From assembly GCA_001751015.1 (NCBI GenBank), contig MAXM01000004.1, forward strand, positions 1-28,992: a stretch of 28,992 bases of DNA, read 5' to 3'. This DNA comes from Desulfobacterales bacterium C00003106. Lineage in GTDB: Bacteria; Desulfobacterota; Desulfobacteria; Desulfobacterales; C00003106. The notes beneath the pieces are model-generated. The model made no database searches and was not told where the DNA came from. It saw only the letters and a program-made list of their open reading frames with translations. Shown here one piece after another: positions 1 through 7,445 of this stretch; position 1 is the first letter of the stretch, and every line of letters begins with the position of its first letter. The position numbers and the translations under genes were made by a program.

Positions 1-276
1 GTACCGATGTCGAGTCATATCAAGGCGCGCGAGATAGCAGAGACATTAAAGGACTGGATACTCAAGGGCAAATTCACCCTTACAGAACCGCAGCAGCCGC
101 TTCCCGGTGCGTTGGGGGTCGGGGGTCGGGGAGCAGGGATTGATGAACGGCTACGGCAATTCCTGTTTGTCTGCCAAACTGAACAGATTGAGACACATAT
201 TGGAAGACATGGGATCTGTACTGGTCGCATTTTCCGGAGGCGCAGACAGCTCTTTTCTCGCCAAGATCGCATTTGA
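1..276 (+). CDS. 3' end of a gene entering from the left, probably DUF39 / L-aspartate-semialdehyde sulfurtransferase (homocysteine biosynthesis) family; the true 3' end is uncertain (see findings)
   Basis: Frame 1 is open from base 1: VPMSSHIKAREIAETLKDWILKGKFTLTEPQQPLP resembles the C-terminus of DUF39 proteins as I recall it (SSxxxAREIAxxLKxWIxxGxFxLxEP). After ~105 the translation looks non-homologous and overlaps larE until the stop at 274-276. Confidence 0.55.
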   Translation, partial: VPMSSHIKAREIAETLKDWILKGKFTLTEPQQPLPGALGVGGRGAGIDERLRQFLFVCQTEQIETHIGRHGICTGRIFRRRRQLFSRQDRI

Positions 277-979
277 CTCCCTTGGGGATCAATCAATGGC
301 TGTGATCGCAGCAGGATGCATTTTTTCAAACCAGGAAACAAAAAAAGCCGAAGGTGTGGCAGAGGAAATAGGAATACGACACAAGACATTCCTCTTTGAT
401 ATACTAAAGGACACTTTTTTTTGCGCCAATCCTTTGGACCGGTGTTATTACTGCAAGAAATCATTGTATACAAACCTGTTGCGGATGGCGTCTGACCAAG
501 GATTTTTGTGTGTGGCGGATGGAACACACGCCGGAGACAAGATAGAGGGGCGCTCCGGATACCGCGCTCTGCGGGAACTCGGCATATCCGCTCCTCTCAA
601 AGAGGCGAACCTGACAAAACAAGAGATAAGGAAACTCAGCAGGAGATTGAATCTTTCAACCTGGGACAAGGCCTCTGATGCCTGCCTCGCTACGCGGATT
701 CCCTGTGGAACCTCCATAGACGCCGGACGACTGGCACGTATAGAAGATTGTGAGGAACTGATCAAAAAAAGAGGCGTCACGCGTTTGCGCGTACGGGACT
801 ATTTTCCGGAAGCAAGAATCGAACTCGATCCGGAGGAATTCAGGCTTCTTCTTTCTCCTCATATCAGAGAGGATGCGATAAGGGCGCTGCAATCAGTGGG
901 TTTTGAAACAATAACGCTTGACCTTGAGGGGTACAAGAGCAAAGAAAACGGATATTATGAAAAAAGAGACATTGATTAA
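143..979 (+). CDS. larE: LarE-like ATP-dependent sulfur insertase (PP-loop, TIGR00268-like), 278 aa
   Basis: PP-loop AFSGGADS near the N-terminus, RCYYCK, ACLATRIP, and C-terminal ITLDLEGY. ATG 143 is preferred over GTG 107 (GGAGCAGGG just upstream). Confidence 0.88.
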   Translation: MNGYGNSCLSAKLNRLRHILEDMGSVLVAFSGGADSSFLAKIAFDSLGDQSMAVIAAGCIFSNQETKKAEGVAEEIGIRHKTFLFDILKDTFFCANPLDRCYYCKKSLYTNLLRMASDQGFLCVADGTHAGDKIEGRSGYRALRELGISAPLKEANLTKQEIRKLSRRLNLSTWDKASDACLATRIPCGTSIDAGRLARIEDCEELIKKRGVTRLRVRDYFPEARIELDPEEFRLLLSPHIREDAIRALQSVGFETITLDLEGYKSKENGYYEKRDID

Positions 980-1625
980 AACCGGAAATTCATCTGCGGT
1001 AAAACCGGAGTCCTCGCAAAGGCTTGTTGCCAAGATCAGAGAATATGGCGAAGCGATTCTCATTGCGCTTGTTCTCGCACTCTTCATACGGACCTTTGTT
1101 GTTCAGGCATTTAAAATCCCGTCCGGTTCCATGGAGGCGACTCTTCAGATCGGAGACCATATACTTGTCAACAAGTTTATCTACGGGGTCAAGATTCCGT
1201 TCACACATAAGACCATAGTTCCCGGCAAAGAGCCGAGGCGGGGAGATATCATTGTGTTTGAGTTTCCGAAAGACCCGAAAAAGGATTTTATTAAACGGGT
1301 CATCGGGGAACCGGGAGACGTGATTGAAATCCGGAACAAGAAGATATTGATCAACAACAAACCGATCGAGGAGAACTACGGATTCTATTTAGACCCATCG
1401 GTCTTCCCTGAATCTGTCCGTCCAAGGGACAATTTCGGCCCGTTTACAGTGCCTCCTCAAAACTACTTCGTAATGGGGGACAATCGGGATCACAGTTTCG
1501 ACAGCCGCTTCTGGGGAACCGTTGATTTTTCCAGCGTAAAGGGAAAGGCCTTTATCATCTACTGGTCCTGGGACAAGGAGAATTTCGGCGTGCGTTGGAA
1601 AAGGATCGGTCGAGTTATTGACTAA
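957..1625 (+). CDS. lepB: Signal peptidase I
   Basis: One TM segment, then FKIPSGSMEATL (catalytic Ser), DFIKRVIG (catalytic Lys) and GDNRDHSFDSRFWG. ATG 957 overlaps the end of larE. Confidence 0.97.
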   Translation: MKKETLIKTGNSSAVKPESSQRLVAKIREYGEAILIALVLALFIRTFVVQAFKIPSGSMEATLQIGDHILVNKFIYGVKIPFTHKTIVPGKEPRRGDIIVFEFPKDPKKDFIKRVIGEPGDVIEIRNKKILINNKPIEENYGFYLDPSVFPESVRPRDNFGPFTVPPQNYFVMGDNRDHSFDSRFWGTVDFSSVKGKAFIIYWSWDKENFGVRWKRIGRVID

Positions 1626-1647
1626 TGAGCCGATCCATTCCCTGGTA

Positions 1648-1767
1648 TAGACCTTCAGATAATTAATTGCACAAGGCCAGAGAGAAAAATCCGAGTAAGG
1701 CGTACACAGGGTACGTTGTCGAGGATTTTGACCGATAATGCCGTGCAATTATTTAGGTGAAAGTCTA
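1648..1767. mobile_element. MITE-like element, family A (120 bp, 25-bp imperfect terminal inverted repeats, TA on both flanks)
   Basis: Left TAGACCTTCAGATAATTAATTGCAC (1648-1672) vs right GTGCAATTATTTAGGTGAAAGTCTA (1743-1767) match 21/25 as inverted repeats. TA at 1646-47 and 1768-69. No ORF. A second partial copy lies at 4135-4181. Confidence 0.8.
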
Positions 1768-1808
1768 TACCATAACTTTTGACAGAGAGGCTCTCCGGAA
1801 CACATTGT

Positions 1809-2747
1809 ATGAAATCTGCGAAAAAAGATCTCCTCGGTATTGAGGAACTGTCAACAGATGAAATAGGATTTATACTTGATACAGCGGATTCCATGAAGGA
1901 GATATCGCTTCGCGATATCAAGAAGGTTCCCACGCTTCGCGGCAAGACCGTTGTTCATTTCTTTCACGAACCGAGCACCCGTACAAAGACATCCTTTGAG
2001 ATAGCTGCAAAAAGGCTGAGCGCCGACGCTGTCAGTATTTCGGCATCAACAAGCAGCATAGTCAAGGGAGAAACCCTGATAGACACCGCAAGAAATTTGG
2101 AAGCAATGAATCCTGACGTTGTCGTCATACGACACCAGGCCTCCGGCTCCGCACAGATGATCGCAAACAGGATTCGCGCTTCTGTGATCAACGCAGGAGA
2201 CGGTATGCACGCCCACCCGACTCAGGCACTTCTTGACATGATGACCGTAAGAGAAAAAAAGAAGACGCTTTCAGGGCTGAAGATTGTAATTGCAGGCGAT
2301 ATAGCTCACAGTCGAGTGGCGCGTTCCAATATTATCGGATTTACCAGGATGGGTTCGGATGTGGTTGTTGCCGGGCCCCCGACCATGATTCCCATGGATA
2401 TCGAATCCGTCGGAGCTACGGTGACCTATTCTATTGAGGATGCCGCCAGGAAGGCCGACGTCATCATGATACTTCGCATTCAAAAGGAACGGATGGACGA
2501 CTTCCTTTTTCCAAGCAACCGTGAGTATGCAAGTTTTTTCGGATTGACACACAAAGCAGTATCAAAGGCAAGGAAGAACGTCGTGATCATGCACCCGGGT
2601 CCCATCAACCGGGGAGTCGAAATCCCTCCTGAAATCGCGGACGGATCGAGGTCTGTAATCCTGGATCAGGTGGAAAACGGCGTGGCCGTGAGAATGGCCG
2701 TGCTTTATCTGCTGATAGGAGGATCACGTCATGCGTCTGATAATTAG
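1809..2747 (+). CDS. pyrB: Aspartate carbamoyltransferase catalytic subunit
   Basis: FHEPSTRTKTSF, AGDGMHAHPTQALLD, GDIAHSRVARS and MHPGPINRGVEI. ATG 1809 is preferred over TTG 1779. Confidence 0.98.
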   Translation: MKSAKKDLLGIEELSTDEIGFILDTADSMKEISLRDIKKVPTLRGKTVVHFFHEPSTRTKTSFEIAAKRLSADAVSISASTSSIVKGETLIDTARNLEAMNPDVVVIRHQASGSAQMIANRIRASVINAGDGMHAHPTQALLDMMTVREKKKTLSGLKIVIAGDIAHSRVARSNIIGFTRMGSDVVVAGPPTMIPMDIESVGATVTYSIEDAARKADVIMILRIQKERMDDFLFPSNREYASFFGLTHKAVSKARKNVVIMHPGPINRGVEIPPEIADGSRSVILDQVENGVAVRMAVLYLLIGGSRHASDN

Positions 2748-4026
2748 AGGCGGCCGGGTCATCGATCCCGCAAGCAACACCGATGCAATAAAAAATGTTG
2801 TCATAGAAAACGGCAGGATAGTCAGACTCCAATCAGGGGCTGAAACCCGGAATCCCGACTCTGAGATAATAGATGCTTCGGGCATGTGGGTAGTTCCCGG
2901 GCTTATCGACATGCACACGCACCTGCGCGAGCCGGGACATGAATACAAAGAGACAATAGCGACGGGGTGTGCGGCTGCGGCTGCCGGTGGGTTTACGAGC
3001 ATCTGCTGCATGCCGAACACCACGCCCGTAAATGACAACCAGTCTGTTACAGACTATATCCTGAAAAAGGCGAGAGAGGCAGAGCATGCCCGTGTATATC
3101 CTGTAGGCGCTATCAGCAAGGGTCTGCAAGGGAGATCTCTGGCCGAGTTCGGCGAATTGAAAGAAGCCGGAGTAGTCGCGGTCTCTGATGACGGAAACCC
3201 GGTAATGAACAGTCAATTGATGCGAAGGGCCCTGGAATATACCAGGGCCTTCGATCTTTTCGTAATATCCCACTGTGAGGATCTCGATCTTGCAGGCAGC
3301 GGGGTAATGAACGAGGGAACTGTTGCGACCCGCCTCGGTCTGAGAGGAATCCCCAATGCCGTTGAATCCGTCATGGTGTCGAGGGACCTCATGCTGGCGG
3401 AACTGACGGGCGCGAAATTGCATATTGCCCATGTCAGCGCCGCAGATTCCGTTCGATGCATACGAGATGCAAAAAAGAGAGGTGTTCTCGTCACTGCGGA
3501 AACCGCCCCACACTATTTTTCCTTAACGGAAGCCGCTCTCCTTGATTACAACACAAATGCCAAAATGAACCCTCCGCTTCGCACGAAAAAGGACGTTGAA
3601 GCTATCTGCGAGGGATTGCGTGACGGCTCCATAGATGCCATTGCGACAGATCATGCGCCTCACAGCATTCTTGAAAAGGATATTGAATTCGATGCCGCAG
3701 CAAACGGTATTATCGGCATGGAGACATCGCTTCCCCTTTCCCTCAAACTTGTCAGAAACGGAATCCTTGACCCCATGACCCTGATTGCAAAAATGTCAAC
3801 AAACCCGGCCCGTATCATAGGTCTGCCGGCCGGTCAGTTGAAACCGGGGGCATCTGCCGACGTGACCGTCATAGACCCCGAAGTATCCTTTACCGTAGAT
3901 GCGAACTCCTTTAAGTCCAAGGCCCGCAACTGCCCGTTCGACGGATGGAATTTGCAGGGAAAGGCAGCGCTGACAATAGTGGAAGGCAGAATCATTCACC
4001 GCTCTCCTCCTTTCGATCTCGGGTGA
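2731..4026 (+). CDS. pyrC: Dihydroorotase, type I (amidohydrolase, 431 aa)
   Basis: PGLIDMHTHLREPG, MPNT, SDDG, SHCED, HIAHVS, KMNPPLR and ATDHAPH; all metal ligands appear present. Overlaps the end of pyrB. Confidence 0.97.
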   Translation: MRLIIRGGRVIDPASNTDAIKNVVIENGRIVRLQSGAETRNPDSEIIDASGMWVVPGLIDMHTHLREPGHEYKETIATGCAAAAAGGFTSICCMPNTTPVNDNQSVTDYILKKAREAEHARVYPVGAISKGLQGRSLAEFGELKEAGVVAVSDDGNPVMNSQLMRRALEYTRAFDLFVISHCEDLDLAGSGVMNEGTVATRLGLRGIPNAVESVMVSRDLMLAELTGAKLHIAHVSAADSVRCIRDAKKRGVLVTAETAPHYFSLTEAALLDYNTNAKMNPPLRTKKDVEAICEGLRDGSIDAIATDHAPHSILEKDIEFDAAANGIIGMETSLPLSLKLVRNGILDPMTLIAKMSTNPARIIGLPAGQLKPGASADVTVIDPEVSFTVDANSFKSKARNCPFDGWNLQGKAALTIVEGRIIHRSPPFDLG

Positions 4027-4126
4027 ACAAAAGACATAGACATCGGGTGTAAGGATTCGCGCCTTTTCTCCAAAGCCAAATACGCACAAAACGGATATAT
4101 GGGTTTTCTGATTAGGAATTCACAAG

Positions 4127-4211
4127 GGAACGGGTCGGATTTTTCTCTCTGGCCTTGTGCAATTAATTATCTGAAAGTCTATAGTTGCGGAAGTTATTTC
4201 GTCCCCGTTCC
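4127..4211. mobile_element. Composite remnant: half of MITE family A (4135-4181) nested within the ends of MITE family B
   Basis: 4135-4181 is the reverse complement of 1648-1694 at 46/47. 4181-4211 is the reverse complement of 28935-28965 at 30/31. GGAACGGG at 4127-4134 is the first 8 nt of a family-B end. Confidence 0.8.
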
Positions 4212-4225
4212 AAAGGTAGACTCAA

Positions 4226-5608
4226 ATGCAAAACGCACATATCCTTGTCGTAGACGACGACACATCCGTACTCGAATTTCTCAACTCAATGCTTGCCAGG
4301 GAAGGATATTCTGTTTCCTGTGCGGACAACGGCAGCAAGGCCGTTGAAATGTTGAAAAAAAGAGTATATGAACTTCTGCTCTGCGATATCCGTATGGGAA
4401 AGGTCTCGGGCCTGGACGTCCTGAAAAAGGCAAAACAACTCCATCCGGACATTGTTCCGATAATGATATCGGCCTTTGCCACAACTGAAACGGCTGTCGA
4501 GGCCGTACGGCTCGGCGCATACGACTACATTCCAAAGCCCTTCAAGATCAAGGAACTTATCCATACCATTCGTCGGGCGCTGGCAGGAAAGACCTCTCTT
4601 GAGGAAAAAGAGGCCCTCAAGAGAGAGCTGGGGCAGACTGTTCATTTTGGCGATATTGTCGGCAACAGCCCCCAAATGATGAAGATCTATATCCTGATAC
4701 GACAGGTGGCCGACACAAAAACCAACATCCTGATTACCGGCGAAAGCGGCACAGGCAAAGAACTGATAGCGCAAGCAATTCACAAAAACAGCGATCGCAG
4801 GAACCGGCCGTTTATGGCCATCAATTGCGGGGGAATATCCGAGACCCTGATGGAAAGTGAACTCTGCGGCCATACAAAAGGGGCGTTCACCGGCGCCATT
4901 GATAACAAGAAAGGCTTGCTTGAGATAGCAGATGGAGGTACGGTCTTTTTGGACGAAATAGGCGAGATTTCGCCTAGCATACAGGTAAAACTCTTGCGTT
5001 TGGTGCAGGACAAGGTCTTCAAACTGATCGGAGGCACCGAAGATATCAAGGTCAATATACGTATTATCTCGGCCACAAACAAGAACCTCGAAGAAGAGGT
5101 AATCGAGAAACGGTTTAGAGAAGACCTTTATTACAGGCTCAATGTCATACAGATCAACGTCCCGCCTCTGCGTGAACGTCCCGAAGACCTTTCTCCGCTT
5201 GCGCATCATTTCCTTGAAAAGTACTCAAGACAGATGAACAAGGAGATCAACAAGCTTTCTTCCTATGCCCTTGACATGCTCAGCCGCTATGATTTCCCGG
5301 GAAATATCCGTGAGCTTGAAAACATGATCGAAAGGAGTGTCGCGCTTTCTGCAACAAACATCATTCTGCCGGAAAGCATAACCCTGTCGGCATTCAAGTC
5401 CGGCGCCGGCGTAAAAAAACCGTGTTGTCATATTGATATTCCTTTGTCCGGTTTCAACCTCGAGGAAAGACTGAATGATATGGAAAGAGGCTACATTAGA
5501 AAAGCTCTGGAGATAACCAACGGTCAGAAAAAAAGGGCCACTGAACTCCTTGGAATCAACCTGCGTTCCTTCCGGTATCGGCTCCAGAAACTGAAAATGG
5601 AGTCATAA
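4226..5608 (+). CDS. Sigma54-dependent two-component response regulator (REC-AAA+-Fis HTH), NtrC family, PilR-like
   Basis: REC: LVVDDD, LCDIRM, YIPKPF. Walker A GESGTGKE, GAFTGA loop, Walker B VFLDEIGE, FREDLYYRLNV, FPGNIRELEN, HTH LLGINLRSFRYRLQK. Confidence 0.95.
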   Translation: MQNAHILVVDDDTSVLEFLNSMLAREGYSVSCADNGSKAVEMLKKRVYELLLCDIRMGKVSGLDVLKKAKQLHPDIVPIMISAFATTETAVEAVRLGAYDYIPKPFKIKELIHTIRRALAGKTSLEEKEALKRELGQTVHFGDIVGNSPQMMKIYILIRQVADTKTNILITGESGTGKELIAQAIHKNSDRRNRPFMAINCGGISETLMESELCGHTKGAFTGAIDNKKGLLEIADGGTVFLDEIGEISPSIQVKLLRLVQDKVFKLIGGTEDIKVNIRIISATNKNLEEEVIEKRFREDLYYRLNVIQINVPPLRERPEDLSPLAHHFLEKYSRQMNKEINKLSSYALDMLSRYDFPGNIRELENMIERSVALSATNIILPESITLSAFKSGAGVKKPCCHIDIPLSGFNLEERLNDMERGYIRKALEITNGQKKRATELLGINLRSFRYRLQKLKMES

Positions 5609-5643
5609 GAAAATTTTCAACCTGTGCTGTTAACCATTGACAC

Positions 5644-5680
5644 AAAAAAAGGCACCCCTTTTTTCGAAGAGATGCCTTTT
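5644..5680 (-). terminator. Rho-independent terminator of the cold-shock gene; possibly bidirectional
   Basis: Minus strand: GGCAUCUCUU-CGAAAA-AAGGGGUGCC followed by a U-run of 7 or more, lying between convergent genes. The plus strand has a shorter T4 tail. Confidence 0.85.
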
Positions 5681-5762
5681 CGATTCCGCTGATTCAGATC
5701 GGACAGATACGCGTCAAATCCGAACGAATAACCGGACCATCTGCTTTTCGCAAGTCCAAGAT

Positions 5763-5963
5763 CTAGAGTCTTTCGACGTTCTTTGCAACCGGCCCCCGGT
5801 CGCTTTCTTCCACATCAAAGCTTACCCTCTCGCCTTCAGCGAGGGTCTTGAACCCTGACATGTTGATCGAAGAGTGGTGAACAAATATGTCCCCCCCCTC
5901 CTCGCGTTCAATAAAGCCAAACCCCTTTTTGTCACTAAACCATTTCACAGTTCCTTCTGCCAA
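5763..5963 (-). CDS. cspA: Cold-shock domain protein (CspA family), 66 aa, TTG start
   Basis: [15 protein letters not shown] (RNP1) and DIFVHHSSI (RNP2). Strong SD GAAAGGAGG upstream of the TTG. The paralogue name is not resolvable from sequence. Confidence 0.96.
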   Translation of the reverse strand: MAEGTVKWFSDKKGFGFIEREEGGDIFVHHSSINMSGFKTLAEGERVSFDVEESDRGPVAKNVERL

Positions 5964-6090
5964 AGCGTTGACCTCCTTTCAAAAACTCCCATACTAGATT
6001 CAACCCCTCAGGTCGCCACTCTGGGGAAGGTAAGAATCCTTTAGAGCAAATAAACCCGGCGATAACACCTGTCCCTATATCCTATATAAT

Positions 6091-6118
6091 ACTATAGCAG
6101 GGCTTTGTCAAACGTCAA
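6091..6118 (-). promoter_or_regulatory. Sigma70-type promoter for the cold-shock gene
   Basis: Minus strand: TTGACG (6118-6113), 16-nt spacer, extended -10 TGcTATAGT (6099-6091). An overlapping TTGACA lies at 6111-6106. Implies a ~120-nt 5' UTR, typical of csp genes. Confidence 0.65.
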
Positions 6119-6119
6119 G

Positions 6120-6149
6120 AAAAAATTGAGCAGGGCGTCAGTTCGCCCT
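6120..6149 (-). terminator. Possible weak terminator hairpin over the ftsZ stop codon
   Basis: Minus strand: AGGGCG-AACTGA-CGCCCT, but the T-run starts 6 nt after the stem. Confidence 0.3.
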
Positions 6150-7298
6150 TCGCCTCATAAACGTCGGCACCTCAAGGTCGTTGTTATCTATTATAAGCCC
6201 GGCCGGGACCCTGTAATCTGATTCGGTATTATCGCCAACCGCTTTCTTGTATCTGATAAAAGTCGGTTCATCGTAGTTAACCGCACGCTCAACGTCTTGA
6301 GGCGTGACCGGTCTGAGTCTGCCCCTTAGTTTTGATTCACGCTTTTCCTCGATACCGGTCGCGATAACCGTGACCCTCAGCTCGTCTCCAATGCTGTCGT
6401 CCAAAACGGTTCCCCATATAATTTCCGCATCCTCTCCGGCTTCCTTGTAGATGCGGTCGGAGGCCTCGGTCATTTCCACCATGGTCAGGTCGCTTCCGCA
6501 GGTAATATTCATCAGCATTCCCCGTGCGCCCCCTATGGATACGTTTTCCAGAAGTGGATGCAATATGGCTTTTTCCGCTGCTTCTACAGCACGGTTTTCG
6601 CCACTTGCTATCCCGGTTCCCATCAGGGCCATCCCTGCCCTGGACATTATCGTCCTTACATCCGCAAAATCCAGATTGACGAGTCCGGGCTTCATTATCA
6701 GGTCTGTTATCCCTTTCACCGAATGGAGAAGCACCTCGTCGGCCTTTTTGAACATCTCCACCATCGTGGCATTCTTTGATGCAAGCCCTAACAGTCTGTC
6801 GTTTGGAATAACGATGAGGGTGTCCACCACTTCGCTCAGACGTTCGATCCCTTCTGTTGCCTGGCGTAACCGTTTTTTGCCTTCAAATTCAAAGGGCTTG
6901 CTTACAACAGCAACCGTGAGTGCGCCAAGTTCCTTGGATATCTCAGCGACTACCGGGGCACCTCCCGTACCGGTTCCTCCTCCGAGTCCCGCAGTAATAA
7001 AGACCATGTGACTGTCTTCCAGCACGGAGCGGATTTCCTCGGAATTCTCCTTTGCAGCTTCACATCCCACCTCCGGATTGGCCCCGGCCCCCAGGCCCTG
7101 AGTCAGACGTTCTCCCAACTGGATTTTTGTGGGCGCCTTGGAGATATCGAGTGACTGGGCGTCCGTGTTGGCGGAAATAAATTTCACGCCCTGCAATTTT
7201 CCAAGTATCATGTTGTTGACAGCGTTTCCCCCGGCGCCTCCGATACCGATTACCTTGATTTTCGCCGATCTTTCACTATCCACTAAGTTAAATCTCAT
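6138..7298 (-). CDS. ftsZ: Cell division protein FtsZ (386 aa)
   Basis: IKVIGIGGAGGNAVNNM, tubulin signature GLGGGTGTGG, NLDFADV and C-terminal DLEVPTFMRR. ATG 7298 has a GGAGG SD; the upstream in-frame extension to 7400 is not credible. Confidence 0.99.
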   Translation of the reverse strand: MRFNLVDSERSAKIKVIGIGGAGGNAVNNMILGKLQGVKFISANTDAQSLDISKAPTKIQLGERLTQGLGAGANPEVGCEAAKENSEEIRSVLEDSHMVFITAGLGGGTGTGGAPVVAEISKELGALTVAVVSKPFEFEGKKRLRQATEGIERLSEVVDTLIVIPNDRLLGLASKNATMVEMFKKADEVLLHSVKGITDLIMKPGLVNLDFADVRTIMSRAGMALMGTGIASGENRAVEAAEKAILHPLLENVSIGGARGMLMNITCGSDLTMVEMTEASDRIYKEAGEDAEIIWGTVLDDSIGDELRVTVIATGIEEKRESKLRGRLRPVTPQDVERAVNYDEPTFIRYKKAVGDNTESDYRVPAGLIIDNNDLEVPTFMRRRAN

Positions 7299-7445
7299 TT
7301 TTCTTCCTCCCGACTTTGATTCTAAGAAGTTGTCACAAGATCCGTAATATGTTTTTCGGGCATCGGGTTTGTCCCTGCCCGGTTTTAAAAAGATGAACAT
7401 CTTTTACTAATTCTTCTTTTCTCATTCAATGTTCATAGATAAGTA

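Noticed and set aside
1743-1773. Hybrid pyrB promoter created at the right end of MITE A (GTGCAA...TACCAT)
   Set aside because: Weak -35 and 19-nt spacing; not supportable without TSS data.
1779-1808. PyrR attenuator upstream of pyrB
   Set aside because: No pyrR gene, no UCCAGAGAGG-type binding loop with terminator; the spacer is mostly MITE A.
2833-3513. 226-aa antisense ORF opposite pyrC, and similar 60-220 aa shadow ORFs across the dcw cluster
   Set aside because: No motifs or SD support; explained by codon bias of the real genes.
4286-5209. 307-aa antisense ORF opposite the sigma54 regulator
   Set aside because: Fully overlaps a conserved gene, has no recognisable motifs, and is the usual antisense shadow of AAA+ activator genes.
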